DNA of 64,000 nt from a virus, in the IMG/VR virus record IMGVR_UViG_3300044999_000022, positions 1 to 64,000 of that record. One strand, given 5' to 3'. The position numbers and the translations under genes are program-made. Below, piece by piece: positions 7,271 through 15,041 of this stretch; positions within the stretch are counted from its first letter, which is position 1; every line of letters starts with the position of its first letter. The notes under the pieces were generated by a model. It worked only from the letters and a program-made list of their open reading frames with translations. It searched no databases and was not told where the DNA came from.

Positions 7271-8674
7271 CTAATCCGACCAGCATAGTTCTTGATCTTC
7301 GGAACGGCGCTCGAGGTGATAGCCATCGCGGCAATAGATACATCGGTGGCGGCCTTCCTCGAATTGGAGCTTCCATGTTTTGGTATAGGCCTCCAGCCAG
7401 TTTGGGGCTACCGGATTAGCCCAGTTAACCTGGGTGCGCTTGGCCCGAACCCTGAGGGGGTCGTTTCGTACGGCGTCCCAGTCGATATCGGTGTAGCCGT
7501 TCGTACGACTCTTGAGGTTCGTCTTGAATACGCTCGTCTGGACGATGAGCAGGTAGTCGTGAACGGTCATCTTCCAGCTGCCTAGGATGCCGGAGAGGTC
7601 CAGGACGTCTGATATGTCGACGTTTGTATAGAACCCGTCTATGTACCAGCGAAAGACGATGCCGTAGCGCTCTACGGCTTTACGCATTGCGTCGAGGAGT
7701 TTTCGGCGCGTGACCGCTCTGCAGTACTTGCCTAGGCCTTCGTTGTGCCATTTCTCCGCGCTACGGTTATAGTCGCGGCGCTCGTAGCGAGAGACTTGAG
7801 CGAGCATCTTGCCGGGTAGGACCGTTTGGGTCACCTTGATGAGGTGAGCCGACGGGGTACCCGCCAAGTCGTGCCGGTATTGGTCAAGTCTACGAACGTA
7901 TTCCTTCAGGCCTTCATGCTGTACTTCATCGCCGAGCAGCGCTGATGCAAAGGCGCTAACTAGGTCGTACTCGTAGATCGGTCCTGGAATGTAGCCGCAG
8001 GCCACGGAACCCATGCATTGCGTAGGGCTAGCAGGTAGGTGGGGTGTAGGGACGTCAGGGATGCCGGTGATCTTCATGTCGTGGAGGAGCTGGTTAGCGA
8101 GGGACGAGTTCCGGAACCAGTTGTTCTGGAACGCGCGGAGACCGACAGATGCGAGGTCGGTACGTGCACGGTTCATGATCTCGACCAGGTCGGTCGTTCC
8201 GTACTGCGCGTAGGTGCGCTCAGCTGCCTGCATAAAGAACGGCCGGACATCGAAGATACGGTTGCTGTTGTAGCGTAGTTCACCTCCCGAGATGTAATGA
8301 TCGCTCTGCTTGGCGGGGTAGAGCCGTACCTTGCCCCAGGGGACGTGAAGCGGAACGCCGGCCGCGAAGAGCGCACGATCGCTCTCGTACGGGAGGTCGT
8401 TCGCTATCCCGTGGGCGACGGTATGCAGACCTCCGTAGGTAACCTGCCATGCGTTGGTGTCGTCAAAGTTCTCCAGCAATGGGATGAAGTCGCGCTGCCG
8501 GTGCTGGGACGCCTGCCAGTTGTCCCTGAGTTCTTGCTCGCGTGTGCGACCGCGGCGACGTTCTACAGCGCGTTGATTGTTCTGGAGGCGCTGTTCTTCT
8601 GGATCGGCGGTCGCTCTAGACGGTCTTGGTATCCATTCACTCGCCCGTTGCATCGAATCGTCCTCGTCGCTCAT
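7271..8674 (-). CDS. Degenerate family-B DNA polymerase-like protein
   Basis: Ordered PolB-like motifs: A (IYEYDLVSAFASAL), B (IKVTQTVLPGKM), YCRAVTRRKL, C (RWYIDGFY), LGSWK, KSRTNG; no clear Exo I motif; C-terminal CxxC. Confidence 0.72.
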   Translation of the reverse strand: MSDEDDSMQRASEWIPRPSRATADPEEQRLQNNQRAVERRRGRTREQELRDNWQASQHRQRDFIPLLENFDDTNAWQVTYGGLHTVAHGIANDLPYESDRALFAAGVPLHVPWGKVRLYPAKQSDHYISGGELRYNSNRIFDVRPFFMQAAERTYAQYGTTDLVEIMNRARTDLASVGLRAFQNNWFRNSSLANQLLHDMKITGIPDVPTPHLPASPTQCMGSVACGYIPGPIYEYDLVSAFASALLGDEVQHEGLKEYVRRLDQYRHDLAGTPSAHLIKVTQTVLPGKMLAQVSRYERRDYNRSAEKWHNEGLGKYCRAVTRRKLLDAMRKAVERYGIVFRWYIDGFYTNVDISDVLDLSGILGSWKMTVHDYLLIVQTSVFKTNLKSRTNGYTDIDWDAVRNDPLRVRAKRTQVNWANPVAPNWLEAYTKTWKLQFEEGRHRCIYCRDGYHLERRSEDQELCWSD

Positions 8675-8718
8675 GAGGAGTATGACCGCCCTTGAATAGC
8701 TTGTACATGACGCGCATG

Positions 8719-9165
8719 TCAGGTCTCCTCATATGCGAAGTCCTCCGGGCGTTCTCGTTCGCGCGCTAGAGCGTGCCAGCGACGCTGAGCCTCCTCCCTC
8801 CTGACCCCTTGGGTGTCCCGTCGGTAATAAGCGTCCCAGAGAGCGGAGCGAGCCGCTGAAAAGTTCTCATACAACCGAAGACTCGGATCGGCGTTAGCCG
8901 CGCGCTCGAACTCGAGTTCGAAGTAGGGATCGTTATAGGCCTCTACGCTGCGCGCGCGCACGCGTTCCCGAACGATCGTACGCGATCGCCTGCGCACTTC
9001 GTCTCCGACGGGGCTGCCCGCGAGCCCCTCGTTCATAAGCTTTCGGAGTTCCTGTTGGGAGCGGTTGACGGTATGCCCGCGCTCGTCCGCCCGCCCGCCG
9101 TGGAGGCCTGCGTAGCGCCTGAGCAGGTATGCCCATTCGGCATCCGTTATGGGCTGATATGCCAC
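8719..9165 (-). CDS. Hypothetical Arg/Glu-rich helical protein
   Basis: TAGTG coupling to upstream gene; immediately precedes the PolB-like gene. Confidence 0.65.
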   Translation of the reverse strand: MAYQPITDAEWAYLLRRYAGLHGGRADERGHTVNRSQQELRKLMNEGLAGSPVGDEVRRRSRTIVRERVRARSVEAYNDPYFELEFERAANADPSLRLYENFSAARSALWDAYYRRDTQGVRREEAQRRWHALARERERPEDFAYEET

Positions 9166-9377
9166 TAGTGGTCGTCCTTCCTGAACTGGAACTGTATAAT
9201 GTCGCCTCTGATGTGGACCGAGACCTTCATGCCGAGACGTCGGGCTCGTTGATAGACGTAGCAGCGAAAGCTGTGCGGGTCTCCGAAGAAGTCCTTACCG
9301 CGTTCTGCGTTCCAAACATCGCCGTCCGTAAGAGTCGACCAGTCATAAATCGGCGGTCTTCCTTGCTTCCGCCTCAT
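9165..9377 (-). CDS. Small DNA-binding protein (GRPP-Y-W type)
   Basis: RRKQGRPPIYDW basic hook; paralogous to 11575..11901. Confidence 0.65.
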   Translation of the reverse strand: MRRKQGRPPIYDWSTLTDGDVWNAERGKDFFGDPHSFRCYVYQRARRLGMKVSVHIRGDIIQFQFRKDDH

Positions 9378-9716
9378 TCACGCCAGATCTATGAGCGCTA
9401 CTTGGAGTCCGCGGGAGCCGCTGAGCCAGAAACGGCTGACATAGTGGAGCTCGATCGTCTCGGCCATCACGAACGGCCCGAACGTCATGACTGTCTTGGG
9501 GGGCATGAGTGAGGTCATGGTAGTACGATCGCCCGTCAGGAGATGGATGTCGAAGCGAATTGTGCGATGGCCTCTCTTTAGAGTGTTCTTGACGTATACG
9601 ATAGTGCTCAGCCTGGGGTCCCAGACTTCGTCGCCTTCTCTAGAAGCGGGCTTCATGATGTCGTTGATGTCGGTGGCGCTGTTGGGAGGTGGACTGTATG
9701 CCCTGAGGACTGTCAT
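9378..9716 (-). CDS. Hypothetical protein (MTVLRAYSPPP...)
   Basis: AAAGGA RBS before ATG 9716. Confidence 0.6.
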   Translation of the reverse strand: MTVLRAYSPPPNSATDINDIMKPASREGDEVWDPRLSTIVYVKNTLKRGHRTIRFDIHLLTGDRTTMTSLMPPKTVMTFGPFVMAETIELHYVSRFWLSGSRGLQVALIDLA

Positions 9717-9811
9717 GGCCGTCCTTTCATATATCCATGGCAGAGAATGGCTCCGCAACCTAGGCCGCCGATGAATGAAATGCAGCACGCGAGCCAGATG
9801 CCGAAGTCCAT
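9713..9811 (-). CDS. Small membrane peptide (MDFGIWLACCISFIGGLGCGAILCHGYMKGRP)
   Basis: Fills gap; ATGA overlap with next gene; single hydrophobic helix. Confidence 0.5.
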   Translation of the reverse strand: MDFGIWLACCISFIGGLGCGAILCHGYMKGRP

Positions 9812-9813
9812 GT

Positions 9814-10746
9814 TTATGCTGCCGGCCTTTCGATGAATGGTGTCATCGCTATCCGATGTGTTTTGGCATTGTAATAGACTCGTTTTTCAGTGAAGTCGGA
9901 CTCTAGCCGTCCGGTGGCGCTGAAGTAGCGGGCGTCTGGGTCGATGTCTCCGCGCTCTTCGTCGGATGCATCCTCGAGCTTATGTCGACCGAGGCGGTAC
10001 GACCAAAGAACGTCAGGCGCATCTCCAAAGACACTACTTCCCCGGGCTCGCCACTGGCTGCCATGACCTGTATGGTGGACAAGCAGAGTTTCGCTGAGAT
10101 GTGCCTCGTCTGATAGGGCGTTGACGGCTTCAACAATTGCTCCTCCTCCGTCGCTGGAGTTCCGGTTTTCGTCGAGTCCGAATGATCGAAGCAGGGGGCC
10201 GAGCGGATCGAGGACGAGGATGGCGGCGTTGAGGTCACCAAGTTGAGCCGCGATGCGGGACCGGATCGCATCGTTGACAATATTGAACTGACGAGCTCGT
10301 CCACGAAGGTTGTGGATGTAGACATTCGGGAACCCTCCGAAAGGGCGTGCGTAGTATTGTTGGGTACGCTCATCTACCTCGAAGTTGCAGTGGACAATGG
10401 TTTGGTCACTGTCTATCGGAGTGACATGCGCGCTTAGGAATGGCTCGCCCGTCTTTAGGCAGCGAATGATGTTCTGGACAAGAGTACTCTTGCCAGTCTT
10501 ACGGTAGGCCGCCAGGAGCGCAGTTCCTCCCGTAGGCCAGAGGCTATCGATGCGGTACTGGGGAGTTGTGTACTCGACGGCGAGGAATTGCTCGTATGAC
10601 ATCGGCGGGCCCAGACAGAAGTCCTCGTCGGCGGTCATCTCTGCCAGGCGTTCATTGCCGCGGCGTTGCCCTAGGGAGCGCTCGAGGTATTGCTGGGCGT
10701 GTTGGGATATGCGCCGCTGGTCGACTTGCAGTGGATTGTCACTCAT
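9814..10746 (-). CDS. RepA/RecA-like AAA ATPase (SF4-type helicase, AAA_25)
   Basis: Walker A AYRKTGKST, NFE, Walker B LVLDPL, LVHHTG, RGSS motifs. Confidence 0.85.
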   Translation of the reverse strand: MSDNPLQVDQRRISQHAQQYLERSLGQRRGNERLAEMTADEDFCLGPPMSYEQFLAVEYTTPQYRIDSLWPTGGTALLAAYRKTGKSTLVQNIIRCLKTGEPFLSAHVTPIDSDQTIVHCNFEVDERTQQYYARPFGGFPNVYIHNLRGRARQFNIVNDAIRSRIAAQLGDLNAAILVLDPLGPLLRSFGLDENRNSSDGGGAIVEAVNALSDEAHLSETLLVHHTGHGSQWRARGSSVFGDAPDVLWSYRLGRHKLEDASDEERGDIDPDARYFSATGRLESDFTEKRVYYNAKTHRIAMTPFIERPAA

Positions 10747-11098
10747 AGTTCTTTGCTCCGCAGCGCGGCCACATGCATTTGCCTGAAACCGAGAATACGT
10801 GATCGTGACTCAAGGGCTGATAGGCAGCGTCCGTATAGCGTGTTGATGGGGGCTGCTTAGCCTTCCACTCGGCGGATTCCTTCTCGAATAGGGCTTCTTT
10901 GACGTATCGCTCGGCTTCGCCGCACTGGTCGAAGCCGGCCAGCTGCGCGATATTCGCTACCGGCAATGCGTCCTCGTAGGACCAGAACCCGGATCCCCAG
11001 TCCATCGAGCCGATGACCAGGTCGTAGAGCGCTTGGACGCCTTCGGTGACGTCCTCCTGCGTACCGTCATCCGCATGGAATACGAACTTGCCCCTCAT
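10739..11098 (-). CDS. Hypothetical protein
   Basis: ATGA coupling; C-terminal H..C..C cluster. Confidence 0.6.
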   Translation of the reverse strand: MRGKFVFHADDGTQEDVTEGVQALYDLVIGSMDWGSGFWSYEDALPVANIAQLAGFDQCGEAERYVKEALFEKESAEWKAKQPPSTRYTDAAYQPLSHDHVFSVSGKCMWPRCGAKNYE

Positions 11099-11429
11099 TT
11101 GAGCGAGTCCAGCGAGTGTAGGATCGCGGTTGTAGCGTCTTCTCGGGCTTGAGTGGAAACTTGCTCTTCTGCGTCTGCAAGCGATCTGGTAAGGGTATTG
11201 AAGACCATTGCGCGACGAAGCTGCTTTGGGTCATTGATCTTCATGGGATGGTCCGCCTTGTGGTGGAGGCGTAGCCAAGCAGCTCGGCGCTCTACGGTTA
11301 GCGCGTCGTTGATTGTTAGGTCGGTCTCGGGGAACTTGTGAACGTAATCACATCTGCCGATCGGACACTTGACGGTCACGAACCCTCGAGGCTGCGCGAA
11401 ATGTTCCCTCTTTGGCAGATAACCTGACA
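11095..11429 (-). CDS. Hypothetical protein with C2H2-like Zn finger
   Basis: GGAGG RBS; CPIGRC...HHKADH. Confidence 0.55.
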
Positions 11430-11578
11430 TGGCGGTGCCTCCAGTGGCGGCGGTAGCGCTTGGCCCGACGAGTCTTGAACTTGCAGTCCGTCTCGAGGCA
11501 GTATAGGTAGGTACCTCCACGTTTGGCGTGCGTCAGGATGAACTCGTTGACGGAGGCTTGGGCATAGTCAGGCTTCAT
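11348..11578 (-). CDS. Small C2H2 zinc-finger protein
   Basis: YCLETDCKFKTRRAKRYRRHWRHRH fits C-x4-C-x12-H-x4-H. Confidence 0.6.
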   Translation of the reverse strand: MKPDYAQASVNEFILTHAKRGGTYLYCLETDCKFKTRRAKRYRRHWRHRHVRLSAKEGTFRAASRVRDRQVSDRQM

Positions 11579-11901
11579 GATGTCTCCACTCCCGTTCCAT
11601 TACACTCGTTACAGTCGTCGACTCTTGGAGCCGTCTCGTCGTATTCCTTCTTACCCGTGCCATCACATCCGGGGCAGGGGGGCTCGTAGAACCGGAACTC
11701 TACGATCCCTTTCTCGGGTGACCCGGTCTCGACGCAGAGTCCTTGGTGGCGTGCTCGCTGATGTAGGGCGGTCTGGAAGCTAGCGACGCTAACTGTAAAG
11801 TCGCTGCCTTGAACCGCACGCCAAACGGCGCCGTCGGTCCATTTCTCCCAGTTGTAGAACTTGCGTCGTCTAGGTCTGGCAGCTTCGAGGCGTTCAGCCA
11901 T
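11575..11901 (-). CDS. Small DNA-binding protein with C-terminal DnaJ-type Zn finger
   Basis: Paralog of 9165..9377; CPGCDGTG and CNECNGTG repeats. Confidence 0.7.
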   Translation of the reverse strand: MAERLEAARPRRRKFYNWEKWTDGAVWRAVQGSDFTVSVASFQTALHQRARHQGLCVETGSPEKGIVEFRFYEPPCPGCDGTGKKEYDETAPRVDDCNECNGTGVETS

Positions 11902-12479
11902 AAGATCTCCATAAGGACGAAAATGAGCATGACGGCGATAACGGCGATTATGGATGCGACTGCGATCGCGGCTGGCGTGTCTAGTTGGAACCGTCGGTGC
12001 TTAACCGGCTTGGGAAGCTCGGGCTGTACGGCTTGCAACTGCGCGCAGTAGTCGCAGAGGTGACTTGTTGGATCGGCTGGCGGTACCGCTAGCCCGCAGT
12101 TCTTGCAGACGTCGGCGTCGAGCTCTCGCTGGAGGCCAGCTGGGGTCGGTTCTGGCAGACTTGAGAGCGTACCGGTTCCTGTCAGGGCGGCTTGCTCGCC
12201 CGCATAGTTGTACGGCTTGCTGCCCACCCGGCCTATCACAGTCTGCCCGCCGGGTAGCTGTATGAGTATACAGCCGCACGGGTTCATGACGTAGCCGCCA
12301 TTCCGGTTGGGATGCCCGCCGGTTACTAGTTGTCCACAGTTAGTACAGCGGGGTTCGCAGCCGGGACTGAAGGAGACGACTGTACTCTCGCCGCTCCCGC
12401 CTCCCCCGCCGCCGTATGCGTGTGAAGGAACTGCGCCATGTGAGGTGGGTACCGTCCATTGAGCGTGTGCGTGGTTCAT
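11700..12479 (-). CDS. Hypothetical protein with Zn-ribbons and a TM helix
   Basis: CTNCG/PCGC and CKNCG/CDYC pairs; hydrophobic segment; ATGA coupling. Confidence 0.55.
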   Translation of the reverse strand: MNHAHAQWTVPTSHGAVPSHAYGGGGGGSGESTVVSFSPGCEPRCTNCGQLVTGGHPNRNGGYVMNPCGCILIQLPGGQTVIGRVGSKPYNYAGEQAALTGTGTLSSLPEPTPAGLQRELDADVCKNCGLAVPPADPTSHLCDYCAQLQAVQPELPKPVKHRRFQLDTPAAIAVASIIAVIAVMLIFVLMEILWLNASKLPDLDDASSTTGRNGPTAPFGVRFKAATLQLASLASRPPYISEHATKDSASRPGHPRKGS

Positions 12480-12673
12480 AACTCGACTTCATGGTCTGCT
12501 GGAGTTGAGTCGGTCCAGTTGAGGTGCTGGATGGTAGCCGACTTCATCTCCATCTTGTCCGTAAAGACTGCGGCGGTCCAGCGTTGCATGTCATGTTCGG
12601 CCGCCTCGGCGTCGACATATATGTACTCGATGAGACGTAGTACTCGTACGGTCATTCGGACCTCCTTCAACAC
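12476..12673 (-). CDS. Hypothetical protein
   Basis: First gene after leftward promoter; AAGGAGG RBS favours the internal Met. Confidence 0.6.
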   Translation of the reverse strand: MLKEVRMTVRVLRLIEYIYVDAEAAEHDMQRWTAAVFTDKMEMKSATIQHLNWTDSTPADHEVEL

Positions 12674-12688
12674 TTTTCTGTATACTTA

Positions 12689-12718
12689 ATTATATCATGG
12701 GACATAGTGTGCCTTCAA
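12689..12718 (-). promoter_or_regulatory. Leftward promoter TTGAAG-N18-TATAAT (extended -10)
   Basis: Near-consensus hexamers in the divergent intergenic region. Confidence 0.75.
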
Positions 12719-12750
12719 GCTATCCCAAGAAAGTTTATAGTATTTTCTAG

Positions 12751-12779
12751 GGACTTCGATCGTTCTCCTATGGTATACT
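12751..12779 (+). promoter_or_regulatory. Rightward (virion operon) promoter with extended -10 TGgTATACT
   Basis: -10 TATACT 25 nt upstream of the terL start; weak -35. Confidence 0.6.
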
Positions 12780-12803
12780 TAAGCTATACCGGGAGGTTCA
12801 TTA

Positions 12804-14489
12804 GTGGAACGAGCGGGCTATTTCTTCGAAGACGACCCGCGCTTTGGCAAGGAAGAAGCCGATGAGCCCCTGGAGTATCCCGACGTCCTGCTCGGGCTGA
12901 TTGCCAAGCCGTCAGGACCGCGCTGGTTCCGACAGTTGCTGTCTCAGCTTGATCGTGCGGCGCTTGCGTCCGACGATCCTCATGATCGACTTGTACTGAC
13001 CAAGAATGACCCACTACTGTTCGCGCTGGTCTACTTGATCCACCACTTGTACTCACCAGAGACGAAAAACCGGATCTCGTTTGCGGAGTTTCACCTTGAC
13101 ATCATCGAATGTGCCAAGCAGTGGACCCAGCGACCGCGAGAGCCACGAGATGCTCGTGACTCATATGTCGCTCCTCGAGGCGTTGGAAAATCAACGTGGC
13201 TATTCACTATACTTCCTATCTGGGCCGCAGCTCACGGACACGTCAAATTCATCGCAGCGTTCTCGGACAGTGGTGATCAGTCCAAAAACCACTTGGCAAC
13301 GATTCGAACTGAGTTTGATACGAACGATCTGCTCGCGCAAGATTTTCCCGAGCTTTGTACGGCAAAGATCCGCCGACCGGGCGGGCCGATGGGCAAGAAA
13401 CTTGTTAGTCAGCGAGTCGACAAGATCGAGCAGGCCAATGGGTTCGTCATGCTTGCAAAGGGCTCTGGAGCAGCCGCTCGCGGAATGAAGGTCGGCAAGA
13501 TGCGCCCCGACCTTATCATCCTCGACGACATCGAGCCCGGCGAGGAGAAGTATTCCGGCGCGGTCATGGAGTTCCGGCTTAGGTGGATGCTAGAGACAGT
13601 GTTCCACCTAAACGAGTACGCTCGGGTCATTATCGTAGGAACCGTGACCGCGCCGGGGTCCATCATGCACCAGTTGGTCGAATCCGTACTGCACCCGATG
13701 GAGGACACGCCGGGCTGGATCGCCTCCCAGAGGATTCACGTCCACTACTACGCGCCGATCCTGATCAACGACGACGGTACTGAGCGTTCATGCTGGCCGG
13801 GTAAGTGGTCGATTGCGTACTTGAAGTCCATCGAGCACACGAAAGAGTACAAGAAGGAGTTCGAGAACCAGCCGATCTCGCTCCGTGGTAATTACTGGAC
13901 GATGGACGACTTCGTCTACATGGACCTCCCGACCGTGTTCGACGCACTTTGTCTGGACCCGGCAGTGACCTCGCACCGGGGTTCTCACGATACCGGTCTG
14001 GCGATCCTTGGGCTTCATCCTGGATCTGAGCAGCACGGGAGGTGTGTAGTTGTCAAGTACGCAACTCGGCTGCACCTGCCCCCGGCCGAGCTACGTCGGT
14101 CAGTACTGTGGTACCTAGAGCAGTGGCCCGAAGTCGGCGTCGTGTTTATCGAGACCAACCAGGGACGCGACCTGTGGATCGAAGTCATGCACGACCTTCC
14201 GGTGAGGGTCATCCAGACCTGGAGTTCGCCTCCGAAGCCGGTACGCCTATCGCGCTTGCTGAATTCGTACCAGCGCGGCTGGGTCGTGCATCAGAAGCCG
14301 TTGCCCCGTCTCGAACAAGAACAATGCGCGTACGAAGGCGTGGGTCCGCAGTCAGAAGAGCCGGACATCATTGACGGCGTCGAGATTGGGGCACGGCAGT
14401 TCATCAAGGGCCCGCTGCCGCGGCCTACTGGCGGTACGTTCAGTTACGCGCGTCGAAGCCCGCTTCCGCATGAGGAGGCGTTCGATTGA
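12804..14489 (+). CDS. terL: Terminase large subunit
   Basis: Walker A APRGVGKST, Walker B LIILDD, IIVGT, nuclease LCLDPA, IETNQG, PDIIDG. Confidence 0.93.
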   Translation: MERAGYFFEDDPRFGKEEADEPLEYPDVLLGLIAKPSGPRWFRQLLSQLDRAALASDDPHDRLVLTKNDPLLFALVYLIHHLYSPETKNRISFAEFHLDIIECAKQWTQRPREPRDARDSYVAPRGVGKSTWLFTILPIWAAAHGHVKFIAAFSDSGDQSKNHLATIRTEFDTNDLLAQDFPELCTAKIRRPGGPMGKKLVSQRVDKIEQANGFVMLAKGSGAAARGMKVGKMRPDLIILDDIEPGEEKYSGAVMEFRLRWMLETVFHLNEYARVIIVGTVTAPGSIMHQLVESVLHPMEDTPGWIASQRIHVHYYAPILINDDGTERSCWPGKWSIAYLKSIEHTKEYKKEFENQPISLRGNYWTMDDFVYMDLPTVFDALCLDPAVTSHRGSHDTGLAILGLHPGSEQHGRCVVVKYATRLHLPPAELRRSVLWYLEQWPEVGVVFIETNQGRDLWIEVMHDLPVRVIQTWSSPPKPVRLSRLLNSYQRGWVVHQKPLPRLEQEQCAYEGVGPQSEEPDIIDGVEIGARQFIKGPLPRPTGGTFSYARRSPLPHEEAFD

Positions 14490-14592
14490 GAACGTGCCCC
14501 TACTTTGGATCAGCCTCCGCCAGAAGGAAGCCGGGTCTGCCGGTCTACTCTGGCAATGGAGTATCCGTTCGAATCGGACAGGGGCTCCCTCA

Positions 14593-14820
14593 ATGAGCAC
14601 GGAGATGCCGCGCGTGGAACGCGTTGGAGAGGGCCGGGAAGGCTTTATCTTCATTCACATCTGTACTGGCGGCCAAACTAGGACTACGCAATTGCCCCGC
14701 GGGCCGTCGGGTTGGGAGTGGACCGCTGATGGCGGTATTACACCGTCTATACAGTGTATGTCTTGTAACACTCACGGATTTTGGGTCGGTGGAGACACCC
14801 CATATTGGAGGCCGTGCTAA
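14593..14820 (+). CDS. Small metal-binding protein (DUF6527-like)
   Basis: HIC..WEW..ITPSIQCMSCNTHGF motif. Confidence 0.6.
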   Translation: MSTEMPRVERVGEGREGFIFIHICTGGQTRTTQLPRGPSGWEWTADGGITPSIQCMSCNTHGFWVGGDTPYWRPC

Positions 14821-15041
14821 TGAGTTATCCGTCGCCGTCGCTTAACATGCAGGACACCCCCGTGTCGCCAGTACCGGCGACAACGGTGCCGCCGCCGCCG
14901 ACTGCGGATCCGGCGGCTGTAGAAACCCGACCGAATCCGTCTCCGGCGAAGAGCGCTATGGCAGGCCAGTTGTCAATGGGCCAGCCTATGACGTTCAGCG
15001 GCGCTCCTCCGGCGACGACCGAGCAGGGGACGTTTGAGTAA
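14820..15041 (+). CDS. Small Pro-rich hypothetical protein
   Basis: TAATG coupling at both ends. Confidence 0.55.
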   Translation: MSYPSPSLNMQDTPVSPVPATTVPPPPTADPAAVETRPNPSPAKSAMAGQLSMGQPMTFSGAPPATTEQGTFE

